64,000 bases of DNA from Octopus vulgaris (Eukaryota): NCBI GenBank assembly GCA_951406725.2, contig OX597814.1, positions 135,718,001 through 135,782,000 on the forward strand. The letters run 5' to 3'. The first letter of the stretch is position 1. Every line of letters begins with the position of its first letter. The translations under genes were made by a program, and so were the position numbers. Positions 52,352-64,000 of the stretch are shown here, piece after piece. The notes under the pieces were generated by a model, which did not search any database, was not told the DNA's origin, and saw nothing but the letters and a program-made list of their open reading frames with translations.

Positions 52352-53327
52352 TGTAGTGTACGCTTAGTGAAATTCTCTCTTGCTGTTATATATAACATAA
52401 ATATGGACGTAGCAGATAACAGCTAGTCTTCGGCCACTTGGACCTGTTGTGTCCACTACTCTTATTAGTTGGTATTGGTGCAATTTGTCTCTTGCTCTAT
52501 TACGTGCCAATGTGCAACCCAACCAATCACAGCCTTCTGATAAGGTCCCATGATACAGTCTTCTAAATCTCCATTGGAGCCTCCTAGTCTCTATAAAAGC
52601 TAGTTACAAAAACTGTATTTTGTCTTTGGTTCTAGACCTAAGGTCTAACCACTGACCACAGAGCACACAGCCAGTTCCAGCAACAGACAACACCAGCAGT
52701 ATTCAGGACCTCCATCTCTGTCACCTTCATCTTAACGATGCCAACCACATCTCTATGTACACTGCAACATTCGCTCAGTTTCAACTCCTCACTGTTTGTG
52801 AATGACTTCACCGTGGTTAACAGAAAGTACAACCTGTGAGATCTTTCTGTATCAAGTAACTGGCTCTGCATAGTAGCCACAACCGCTTACACGACACGTG
52901 CTTCAACCGGCTCTGCATTGTAGCCACAATTCTTGTTACATCACTTCAACTATTGTGTGCCTTATTACGAACTGGTATTTATCTTCATTGTGTCTGAACT
53001 TCTAGCATCCTGTGACAGACACTTTCTATGCTCTGTATTTTATCTCACTTGCATACACCCTTGTTTGTACACATATACATTTTATGTATGCATGATGGCC
53101 TGTCTATTATTATTATTATTATATATGTACTTATGTTGCACACACAGACACAGACATATTAACACTTAAGTAAAACCTTTCTCTTAACATTCTACGGTTG
53201 TGTCATCTTTCTTTTCCTTCTAGCACTCATACTCATTTATCCATTTTTGCTTTTATTGTAAGCGACTGTGCGGTGTATTAAAAGGAGTCATTCATTCGTC
53301 ATCTCTCCTTCGCACGGTCGTTCTACA
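52352..53327 (+). mobile_element. Probable solo LTR
   Basis: TGTAG...CTACA inverted termini; AACCAATCA at 52521, CTATAAAAG at 52591, ATTAAA near 53277; no matching TSD. Confidence 0.55.
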
Positions 53328-53749
53328 CACATTTCTTCAGATATTGGTTCCAAATTTTGGTACAAAGCCATCCCCAGTGTTCAACTGGTACTTATGTTAT
53401 TGAGCCCCAAAAGGATGAAAGGCAAAGTTGACCTTGGCCAGAATTTGAACTCAAAATCTAAAGACATGTTGCTAAGTATTTTTGACCAGCATGTTAATGA
53501 TCTGCCAGCTTGCTATCTTATGTATTCTTCAGATATTAGAAATTAATAACATAACTAAACAACTTTTGTTGGTATAGCTCTCAATTAATAATAGATGATA
53601 CAAAGGAACAATTAAATGAGCAATTTGTTAAACTATGATGCACTTTAGAATGTGGATAAGCCATTCTATAGTGTATAACACTATACAATAATTGGACAAG
53701 ATTCATGATGGACATTTTTCACACAGTTCCTTTTCAGTACTATTTAGCT

Positions 53750-53990
53750 CAGTGTTTCTCAACCATTTTTTACCTATGGACTCCTTTTTATTCCTGTTTT
53801 ACTCAAGTGGGCCCTCATAACCAATCGATATTTTAGAAATCCTATTATATTTTTATTATTGAATATTATTAGGAATTGGATTAAAAATTATTGAAATATT
53901 TTGTGTATTTAGGTGTATAATCAATTTATAGAACATACATTTTAACAACAAAATCCTAGGGTCATTATAGATCCTAGTTGAGAATGACTG
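53750..53990. mobile_element. hAT (Charlie-like) MITE
   Basis: CAGTGTTTCTCAAC ... GTTGAGAATGACTG termini; degenerate 8-bp flanks ATTTAGCT / ATATAGAC. Confidence 0.55.
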
Positions 53991-55599
53991 ATATAGACTC
54001 AAACATAATTATTTCTTAGAGACATTCATATTTGCTTTGTTTCATTTCTACAGTGAATATTTCAGCTCATTGGTTTTATTAAAGGACTGAGAAAGGATAC
54101 ATATTAAAATTGCAGTTTGATTCATTCTTTACTCATCTTGATCTTCTTGTTAATTCATATTTATTTGACAATGTACATATATATCTGTAGTGGGAGAAAT
54201 TGATTTATAAACAACATTATGAAATGTTAGAGTCAGCAGTTGTAACGAAAAAAATTTGTTGTTATAATTGCATGTGTAGGATGTGAAAGATGGACAATGC
54301 ATGAAGTTTTAAGGAAATATTTATTTACCGTTACATTGCAATACCTTGCCTTGATGGGTAGGTTATGATAAATCCAAAAGCATGCAAAGTAAAGTTTGTG
54401 TTTGTGTCCTCTTCATTGTTTAGCAGTAATTACAGAGAGAGATAGAATGATGTTGTAAGAGAACAGAATTAGAGCTAGTGAGGGTTGTAGGGTGTGGAAT
54501 GTTGTCTCACAGTTGCTGACAGTAAACTTCATTTCTCCCTCTGTCAGCCAGACTTCATTGTCACTGAAGTGACTAACTTGTTGAGTTGTCACCGACTGAC
54601 AGATTTTTGCTTGGGATGTTCTTGCTTTTATAACTATCTAGAAGGATAGATATATCATTGAGAACAATAGATTTAGTTGGTAATCTTGTTATCTCTATTC
54701 TAGCTTTTGGTGAAGTAGAAGAGGTTAGAAAGGGTCAAGTGGTAAAGACACTATTTCGGCTTAGCTAAAGACATCTGGAAAATGTAAAACTTCTGTCAGA
54801 GAAAAACCATTGTTCCACTGCGGGGGGGAAAAGTTCTGTTGCTGTGTTAATTTAAATTTGGCTATGGTGGATAGAATCCACTTCATGTATGCAAAATCCA
54901 CTACATCTTTTTTCATTCTGGAGAAAAAATTCTTTCATATCAAATTTTGATTTATTTTAGACCTATGTATAGTGTATATTAATTTATGGCACATTTAGAT
55001 TTTCAGTTGTCATTAGGAATAAAAATCCTGTTCAACTTAATTTTCAGTCATGCAGAAGATGGAGTGTGCCAATAACTGTCACTGAGAGTTTTGCTGTTCT
55101 TATCTGCCTTTGACAATCCAATGTAGTTGTTGCAAAGATTTACGCATAACTGAATGAGTCCACCAAGTTTTAATGATGTCCTGCATATTAGTTGTTAGTA
55201 TAAGTAACTATCGCATGCATCAGTTATACTGCAGATTTGATGAGTGCTTTCTTCATTTACAAAGTTGAATTCAGTTCCTCTCTAGGACAGAGGTTGGACA
55301 CTACCTGAAATGCTACTTCTCTCCTTTTCTTACTGACAAATTAACATCTACTTTGGGAACCATTATACAACTCATTTGCTTAACACTTCAGATATCAGAT
55401 TCGAGTGGTTTGATAATACAGGGAAATCTGTAATTTACATAAAAGAATTAAAACAAATGTACGGGGAAATTTATTTAGGATCTGTTAATTCCCTAAATTA
55501 TACCATTGTTTTAGATTATAAGGTTGAAGTTATTCTAGGAATATAAGTTTAAAAGGTTAAAAAGCATTTACCAACAAATTATACCTATTTCCCCCCCAC

Positions 55600-55712
55600 A
55601 AACTAGGTTAAATCCTCTCGACCATTTCCCTCTACAGGTTAGAGGTGTGTCTTGGAAGGGAGATAACTACTATTCAAAGTCCCATAAACCTTAGCATAAC
55701 TCAACATGGCGG
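55600..55712 (+). promoter_or_regulatory. Probable COG4 promoter / 5'UTR with ZNF143-like and YY1-like motifs
   Basis: ACTAC...AAGTCCCATAA at 55666-55687 loosely resembles the ACTACAnnTCCCA motif; CAACATGGCGG overlaps the ATG; start of a CpG-retaining zone. Confidence 0.4.
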
Positions 55713-55816
55713 GTTCGAAAGATGATGCCACGTCCTCTGATATTTTAGAGGCGGCTGACAAATTAACAGATATAGACAAGATGAAAGAAGCTTTGGATAG
55801 ACTTTGTCATGAAGAG
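55706..55816 (+). CDS. COG4: Conserved oligomeric Golgi complex subunit 4, coding exon 1
   Basis: MAGSKDD...KLTDIDKMKEALDRLCHEE resembles the COG4 N-terminus (human ...LTELQELEAVYERLCGEE, recalled); CAACATGGCG start context; donor GAG|GTTAGT. Confidence 0.85.
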
Positions 55817-58800
55817 GTTAGTAAAATAACCCTGTTTGCATCCATATCTATGTTTGTTTTGATGTATGCCAGATTACATATAATATATATGTACAATTGA
55901 CAATTAGGTGATTCGATAATTGAAACAGTGCACATGTAAAAATTACCTTAGCAACATATATGACTTACCTGTATTTGTTAGTTGATGACATCGTGAATGT
56001 TTCTGTCATTAGTATGTAGTCTATGTTTAATAAAGGATTAATTGGTTGTCAGTTGACGAGTTGTACATTTAATTTCCACTAGTGTCTTACGCGTACATTT
56101 GTGTATACATAAACACTGACATAATTTATTGAAAGTCTAGTCACCAGCTATCTCTGATTTGGTTAAACTAAAATAATACACCTTACGTTACTATTTTACA
56201 CGCCAATGTGTAATGCAACTTACATAAATTCAAATACAAAAGTATTAAAGTTTGAAGAATTGTTTGTTTACATCATTATGACCAGTAATGATGTATAGTT
56301 ACAGTAATAAACCACCCGATTTCAACCAAGACAGAAGTAGTTTTAACCTCAACATACATTTACAGATGATGTCTTTATAAATATATAAACAAATAGTTTC
56401 AGATATTGTAAAAGATTGCACCTATTTCATTATTTCTATTTATACTTTTAATCATTTTTTTTCACGGTCAATTTACCTCTCACCTTTGTTAAGCTTTTCT
56501 TCTTTATTATTATTAATTTTTTTATTTAATGTTTCTTTCCCTATACATAACACCGGATATTACAAACCTCTGATTTATTTTCTGTGCAATATAATAAAAT
56601 GTTTATGATCAATAAATATTTTTCTGTTGAACAGTATCAAAATCTTCCAGAATACGTTTATTAAGAGTAATTATCCCATGTCATTCCTCGATAATCTGTC
56701 TTTAACGAAGCATGTTCGGACGTAACACGTTTACCATGGTCAATTTTATAATTTTGTTTTATATACTACTGGTACTTTAATTAACCGGGAAAGACCAGAA
56801 AACTTTAATAGGACTCCATCATAAGAGCCTCTGTCTGTTTTATTCCCACCATGTCTTCAATTAACCCATTAATGCATAGTGTCTCGAAAACGGGACAAAC
56901 AGAAAATTAATACGAAGTATTTATTTCAGTTATCTGCTGTTCACACATAAACATTTCACAAATCAAAAATACTGTATAATCGTCTTTTTATAACTTTTAA
57001 AAAAATTCATATTATTTCTTTGTTATTTATTTGTAATTATAGAATGAAAATGAAATGTTATGGACTGTTGGGTTATTATCTATCATTTATGTTGTACTAG
57101 TTTCAGTCGTTGGACAAATCGATCCGGGGTACTTATTTAAAAAAAAGCCTGGTACTTATTCTATCTGTCTTTTATGCCGAACCGCTAAGTTACGGGGATG
57201 TAAACAAACCAAAATTAGGTGTCAAGCAGTGAAGGGACAAACACACACACGCATACACGATGGGCTTCTACACAATTTCCGTTCACCAAATTCACTTACA
57301 AGGCACTGGTCGGCCCAGGGCTGTAGTAGAAGACACTTGTGCAAGCTGCCCTGCAGTGGGGCTGAATCCGAAACCACTCCGTTGCAAAGCAAGCTTCTTA
57401 ACCACACAGCTGTAGCTACACCTATTATTTAAAACAAGCTGTGTTAAAGTCAGTGGTATTGCTATTATGTTTCTTTACTCACCAAATGTATTTAGTTTGT
57501 CTATATAGATTGTTTGTTCTGTCTGGTTTTAATGATGTTACCATCAGGGGGCGGGGTGGGTGGGATATTGAACTTTTTAAACCTCCTTCCTAATAGACTC
57601 GTATATGATATAAAAACAATTATGTGATAGTTCGGCAGATCTGCCTATCAAGACAGGTAGACTTATCTACCACAGAAAGTAACATCTTTGCCATCCCAGT
57701 CAGATCTGTCATGCTTGAAAGAACTTATTCAATCGTAATATTCTTGTTACAACAACTATAACTTAGATATTTGTGCTCAGTTTAACTGACATTGTGATCT
57801 GGCACTCACTCTGTTGGTTATGACAACATGGGCTCCAGTTGATCCAATCAATGAAACAGCCTGCTTGTGAAATTAACGTGAAAGTGGCCTTGCACTTCAC
57901 AGATATGTGTGCTGTTGACATAGTTCTCAGGGAGATTCAGCATGACACAGTATGTGACAAAGCTTGCCCTTTGAAATACAAGTACTACTCATTTTTGCCT
58001 GCTGAGTGCACTGGAGCAACATGAAATAAAGCATCTTACTCGAGGACACAATGTATCACTTGTAATCAAACACATGGCCTTATGATTATGAGGTGAATGC
58101 CCCTAACCACTAAGGCATGTGTCTTCACAACATTAAGATCAGCAATAGGTAATAAGATAGGTACATCAACATCATGACGTTCACATGCTAGCATTGCATG
58201 TTTCACATAATTTACATGCTTACCATATCAACCCAATGGTCAAGTGTTCTGTGCTATTTAGCAGAAGATTTTTGGAGGTATAGACCATTTATAACTATAG
58301 CCTTGTTTTGAATAAATACCTGGCAGACAAATTACATAGACTTTAAATAAACATATTTCTGGATGTATTATAATGGTGATGAATGATATCCCAATACTCT
58401 CAACACTTAGTATTACAACTTTGCCTACTTCAATGGCACATTTTTGGAAGAATTGCCTCAGTACACTAGAACTGCAATAGATGACAGCAGAAAAGGAATG
58501 ATTCTATCATGTATTAGAGAGGAACACTCTTCATAAAATTTATTACAGGCATGGCTGAACGGTTCAGAAGCTCACTTTGCAACCAAGTGGTTTCAGGATC
58601 AATCCCATTGTGCAGCATCTTAGACAAGTGTCTTCTACTCTAGTTTGACCAATACCTTGTAGATGAGTTTGGTCGATGGAAACTGTCGAAGTTTATCATA
58701 CATACATACAAGTCATTCATACATATATATGTATGTTTTGTGTTTGTTCCTCCCACAACCATCACATGACAACTACTGTTCATTTGCTTTAGATCTCCCT

Positions 58801-59335
58801 AACTTAGCGGTTCAACAAAAGAGAACAATAAAATGAGTACCAGACTTTAAAAATAATTACTGGGGGTGATTTGCTTGACTAAACTCTTCCAAGACAATGC
58901 CCTGGCATGTCAACAGTCCAATGACTGAAATGAGTAAAAGATACATTAAATGATTGCAAAGTAACTTATGCCAGTGCAAAGGACTTACTGTGTCATTTGG
59001 AAAATTTCAGGAAATCATTTACAGTTTTTCAAATCTGAACCAAACATGAGTAATGTTGCAGTTGATATTCTACTGTATGGCATATTAAAACAGACCTAAA
59101 TATGACACTAAATCAGTGTTTAATGTCCTTGTATAATAATCCTTTCTGCTGAAGGCACTAGGCCTGAAATTTGGGGAGAGAGGACTAGTTGATTACAGTG
59201 TTTCACTGGTACTTAATTTATTGATACTGAAAGGATGAAAGGCAAAGTTGACTTCTGTGGAACATAGCAATGGGCAAAATATCACTAAGTATTTCATCCA
59301 GCTCGCTAACAATTCTGCCAGCTTGCTGCTGTAGA

Positions 59336-61740
59336 CATCATCATCATCATTTTAGCATCTGTTGTCCACATTGGTATGGGTTGGATGGTTTAATAGGGCT
59401 GGCAAGCTGGAAGGCTGTACCAGACTCCAGTCTGATTTGGCATGGTTTCTATGGCTGGATGCCCTTCCTAACACCAACCACTCTGAGAGTGTAATGGATG
59501 CTTTTACATGCCACTGGCATGGGTGCCACTTGCATGACACCAGTATCTGCCATGAGTGTGATTTTACTTGGTTTGATGGGTCTTCTTCTCAAGCACGACA
59601 TGATGCCAAAGGTCTCGGTTATTGCCTCCAGGAGGACCAACACTCGAAAGGAACTCAGCCACTTTACCTCTGTGAGGCCCAACATTCGAAAGGTGCTTTT
59701 TATGTGCCAGTTACGTGACACCAGCATCAACCACGACAATGATTTTACTTGGCTTGACGGGTCTTCTCAAGCACAGCGTATCACCAAAGGTCTCGGTCAA
59801 TAGTCATTGCTTCTGTGAGGCCCAAAGTTCAAAGATCCTGTTTTACCACCTTGTCCCATGTTTTCCTGGATCTACCTCTACCACAGGTTCCCTCCACAGT
59901 TAGAGATCAGCTGTCCTCGTCCATCCACATCACATGACCATACCATTGCATTCGTCTCTCTTACACACTACATCTGATGCCTCTTATGCCCAACTTTTCT
60001 CTCAAGATGTTTACACTTTGTCGAACATGTACACTGACATTGCACATCCAGCGAAGCATACTGGCTTCATTTCTTTAAAGCCTACTCATATCCTTGGCTG
60101 TTACAGCCCATGTTTCACTGCTGTGCATGCAGCATAGCTGTTTGCATACAGGCATCATACAATCTGCCTTTCACTCTGAGAGAGAGGCCCTTTGTTGCCA
60201 GCAGAGGTATGAGCTCTCTGAACTTTGCCCAGCCTAATCTTATTCTCACAGCTATGCTCTTGGAGCATCCATCTCTGCTACTAACTTGGTCACCTAGATA
60301 ATGGAAGCTATCTGGACTCTATTTTCTGTACATTTTCAGTGTTTATTGTACCTGTGCATCTTTCACACACAAAAGCTATTTTCCCTCTTAACCTTGATAT
60401 TGCTACACCTCTTATGTGTCCAAAGCTTACACTAGGTGCATCTTATGGAGTTTCTACCTATGCCTTTTCTACAGATCAAGCAGGGCCATTGACCTGAAGG
60501 GATTTGTGATTTGTCTTTGTGGTTTGTGCTAGGTTAACTCTAAGGCCCTTTGATTCTAGACCTTGTTTCCATGCCTGGAACTTCTTCTCTCGTTCTGGTA
60601 GTGGTTCAGCTGTAAGAACAAAGTCATCAGCGTAGAGGAGCTCCCAGGAGCAGCCTGTCTTAAATTTCTCTGTTATTGCCTGGAGAACTATGATGAACAA
60701 GAAGGGGCTGAGTACCAATCCTTGGTGAACCGCTACTTGTACCCTGAATTCTTCGCTGTACTTGTTGCCAACCCTCATCTTACTGGTAGTGTCCCTATAC
60801 ATGGCTTGTACAGCTCTCACCAACCACTTGTCTATCCCTAGTTTTCGCATTGACCACTAGATAAGGGATCGGGGGACCCTGTCAAAAGCTTTCTCCAAGT
60901 CAGCAAAAGACAAGTACAGAAGTTTATCTTTGGCTATGTATCTCTCATGCAGCTGCCTTACCAGAAATATAACACCAGAGGTGCTTCTCCCTGGCACAAA
61001 ACCAAACTGCACCTCATCTAGACTAACTCTCTCCCTAATTAGTTAGACCATGACCCTCTCTGTAACTTTAATCTTCTGATCCAACAGTTTGATACCTCTA
61101 ATCATTTCTTTCTAAGGCATCACCTTTACCTTTGTAGCAGTTGACTATGGTGCTGTTACACCAGTCATTGGGTATGACTCCTTCGTGAACCACTTGATTT
61201 ACTATATGGGTGACTAGACCATAACCACACTGCCATATATTTTAATCATTTTAATAGTGATTCCTGATGGGCTGGAGGCTTTCCCTGTCTTCATATCCTT
61301 AATTGCTTTATCTACCAAGGTACTGTTGATTCGGATAGCTGGTCCCTCAATTTGGTCAACATTTGGCAAACTTTCCTCCTCCCATTCATTCTCCACATCT
61401 TGCAGTCTTTCATAATGGCATTCCTAAGCCTCTTTCTTTGCAGAATCATTAAATGCAAGTGCACCTTCATCCTTGCAGACATATTTCTCTCTTGTAACAT
61501 CACGTTTTTCTCTCACACACTGTCTTGCAATCCAAAACACGTCAGTTCTTTGGTGCTCACATCGCTGAACATAAGCAAACTTCTTTTTTATTTCTCCCTT
61601 AACTAGATATACTTGTCTCCTAGCATCACTTATGGCTGATACGGTTCCCTGTTATCCCCACTCTTCCAGACCTGTTTCTTTGCTCTAATGGCCTTGTCTA
61701 CAGTGTTGTCCCACCACCATGTTACTGTAGGTCTTGATGG
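59336..61740 (-). mobile_element. Degraded RTE-clade LINE in COG4 intron 1
   Basis: RT fragments DLEKAFDRVP, HQGLVLSP, ELLYADD; upstream KDMKTGKASSPSGI; 3'UTR with repeated modules and (GAT)n tail. Confidence 0.9.
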
Positions 61741-63008
61741 GACATTGCATCAGCTGCAGATTTGGTCTGTGGCACTCAGTAATATGGTTTCACATTATAT
61801 TGGTTCCAACTTTTGGCACAAGGCCAGCAATTTTGGAGGAGGGGGAAGTTGATTACATTGATCCCAGTGCTCAACTGATACTTATTTTATTGACATTAAA
61901 TGGCCAGAAATGCATCTCTTGTTGTGTCACAAGATATTTTGGTTTGTTTCAATCCAGGAAGTTAAACCTATGAGGTATAAGTTTGGTGCTGTTATTTACT
62001 TTAAGCATCTAACTACAGCAACTGAATCAAGAACTTTTCAGAGGGATTACTTAACATCTAAAAGATTTTTTCCCTACTACATTTAGCCATTAGATCAATA
62101 TACTATGGAAACTCACACACACATACACACAAAAGTGGTCATCATCATCATCATTATTTAGCATCTGTTTTTCATGCTGGCATTGGTTAGATGGTTTGAC
62201 TAGAGCTGGTAAAATGGAGAGCTGCAACAGGCTCCAATCTCTTTCAACTTGGTTTCTATGGCTGGATGCCCTTTCTCATGTCAATCACTCCAAAGAGTTT
62301 ACTGGGTATCCTTTACATGTCACTGACATGGGTGCCTTTTCTGTATCACCAACACAGGTGCCTTTTACTTGTTGCCAGCCACCAAGGTGGATAAGCAAGA
62401 AGTAAAATATTCAGGAATTAAAATGGTGCATAAAACATTATATACAATATTATCACACTTTGATAGTTGACTGAAAGCTTCTATCTGTGTTGATGCCAGT
62501 CCTGTTGGATTGGGTGCCAGAGTTGTAGTTATCTGAAGCTTGAAAAGGTGTATAAAGATGATCTTTAATCACCAGTAGCTATTGGCAGGGGTGTAATAGG
62601 AGTATTTAGTTCCTGGATGCATTCTGAACCTTTACTGTTTGGGTTATTAAAAGGGCAATATCATTTGTTTAAACTGAGCACACAGATTAATGGTAGAAAT
62701 ATTAAATGTGTTCTATCTTTGCTTTAGACTGTTTCTTTTGCTTTTGACACAATCTATTAGCCATGAAGTGGTAGTAGATGGCTTATATAGTTACATTAAA
62801 TGATAGAATGTGTCTAGTATTAAGATTAGTGGTGTAATAAGATTTTAATGTCAAGGCATGTTAATTTCTTAACCATTACTAAATCACATAAAATACATGC
62901 AGGCATATTAGATACATCCTATTTTCAATAGTGCATATTTAGGGAAAAAAATCCTTGTTCTGTGAAATATTAAATTAATAATGATAAAGTCTTTATTTTT
63001 CATTTCAG

Positions 63009-63091
63009 GAAATTGTCAATGAAGAATTGAACAGCCTGTTAGAGCATCAGTCTTTATTGGAGAATAAAATGTTTGCTCTTCATAAAATGCT
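63009..63091 (+). CDS. COG4: COG4 coding exon 2 (gene continues beyond the window)
   Basis: TTTTCATTTCAG|EIVNEELNSLLEHQSLLENKMFALHKM|GTGAGT; in frame with exon 1; resembles human [27 protein letters not shown] (recalled). Confidence 0.88.
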
Positions 63092-63122
63092 GTGAGTTAG
63101 ATTTATATGTTGTTTCTCTTAA

Positions 63123-63634
63123 GATGGAATTCTGGTTTAAGCACCCCATATAAACTTTTTTTTATGTTTTGGAATTTTCAGAAAAGTTTTGCAAATTTGT
63201 GTTCTACATATGGGAATTCATATGATTATGCAAAAAAATAAATTTTTGTGTGATTTAAGGATGTTTTAGCTGTTCTTATTAATAAACCTCACAACCACCT
63301 GATACATTCTTCGTTTTTTTGTCACTCTGACATGTATTGATGTTTTTCAATATTTTTCTCCCCATAAACACATTTAACAGAATGATGATGCACCCAAGGA
63401 TGGTCCATTGCTGGGATTTAAGCAAAAAATTCAGACTGTCCATATTTTAAACACTGATTTTTTAAAAAAAATTTGAAAAAGAGTTGAACTTTTAGGATTT
63501 ATGGGGAGAGGGGGGTAAAAAAATTAAAAACAATTTTTTTTTTCATAATCATATGACTTACCATGTATAGAACATAAATTCCCCAAATAAAAGTTAAGAG
63601 GAGTTATATGGAGTGCCTAAACCAGAGTCCAACC
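63123..63634. mobile_element. Non-autonomous TIR element with TTAA-like flanks (Kolobok-like)
   Basis: GATGGAATTCTGGTTTAAGCACCCCATATAA / TTATATGGAGTGCCTAAACCAGAGTCCAACC inverted termini. Confidence 0.55.
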
Positions 63635-64000
63635 TTTTAATTCTTTTAAATAGTCTAACCATTTAAACCTGTGTTTGAAACTAAAGCATCTGGTTAGATG
63701 CAGTTTTAATAAAATTATACCTTTGAGGCAAGGATATTTTATATGTAACTCTGTTTTATGGTTTTCAATTACAGTTGTCTTTGATCATTTATTTCCAGCA
63801 AATATATGCTGAATCAGTGTTTCTAGTCAGTTTATTGGTACAATTTTTTTACAAAGCTAAGGTTTAATCCTTTCAAGTCCATGTGTATTCTGTTATATCT
63901 TCATTATCATTTAATGCTTGTTTTCCATGCTGGCATGGGTTGGATGATTTGACTGGAGCTGGTATGGCTGGGGGCTGCACTAGGCCTCATTGTTTGTTCT

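Noticed and set aside
54380-55300. Possible transposase relic on the minus strand (EVDSIH-like peptide)
   Set aside because: No sustained reading frame or termini identifiable by eye.
679-62405. Most 60-150 aa ORFs in the supplied track
   Set aside because: They are SINE/LINE/microsatellite read-throughs, antisense to exons, or exon read-through into introns; no independent gene support.

Overview
AT-rich, repeat-dense animal genomic DNA, probably an octopus (coleoid cephalopod), judging from the SINE and RTE families; this is inference. The minus strand carries a complete SF3B3 (SAP130) gene: 27 coding exons from 38174 down to 2987, hand-spliced at GT-AG sites to 3654 nt = 1217 aa + stop, with probable non-coding 5' exons near 45.6-47.0 kb. 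The plus strand carries the first two coding exons of COG4 (55706-55816, 63009-63091), so the two genes lie head-to-head, as they do in human. Introns and the spacer hold tRNA-derived SINEs, RTE and CR1 LINE remnants, Tc1/mariner, piggyBac-, hAT- and Kolobok-like MITEs, Helitrons, a probable solo LTR and long foldback elements with TTAGGG repeats. The most unusual items are two families of Penelope-like elements with hammerhead-ribozyme motifs. One has a tRNA-like (Pol III-type) module upstream of the ribozyme; the other has an intact core with a ~100-nt stem II and lies in sense within an SF3B3 intron. All calls were made by eye, with no alignments or folding run.
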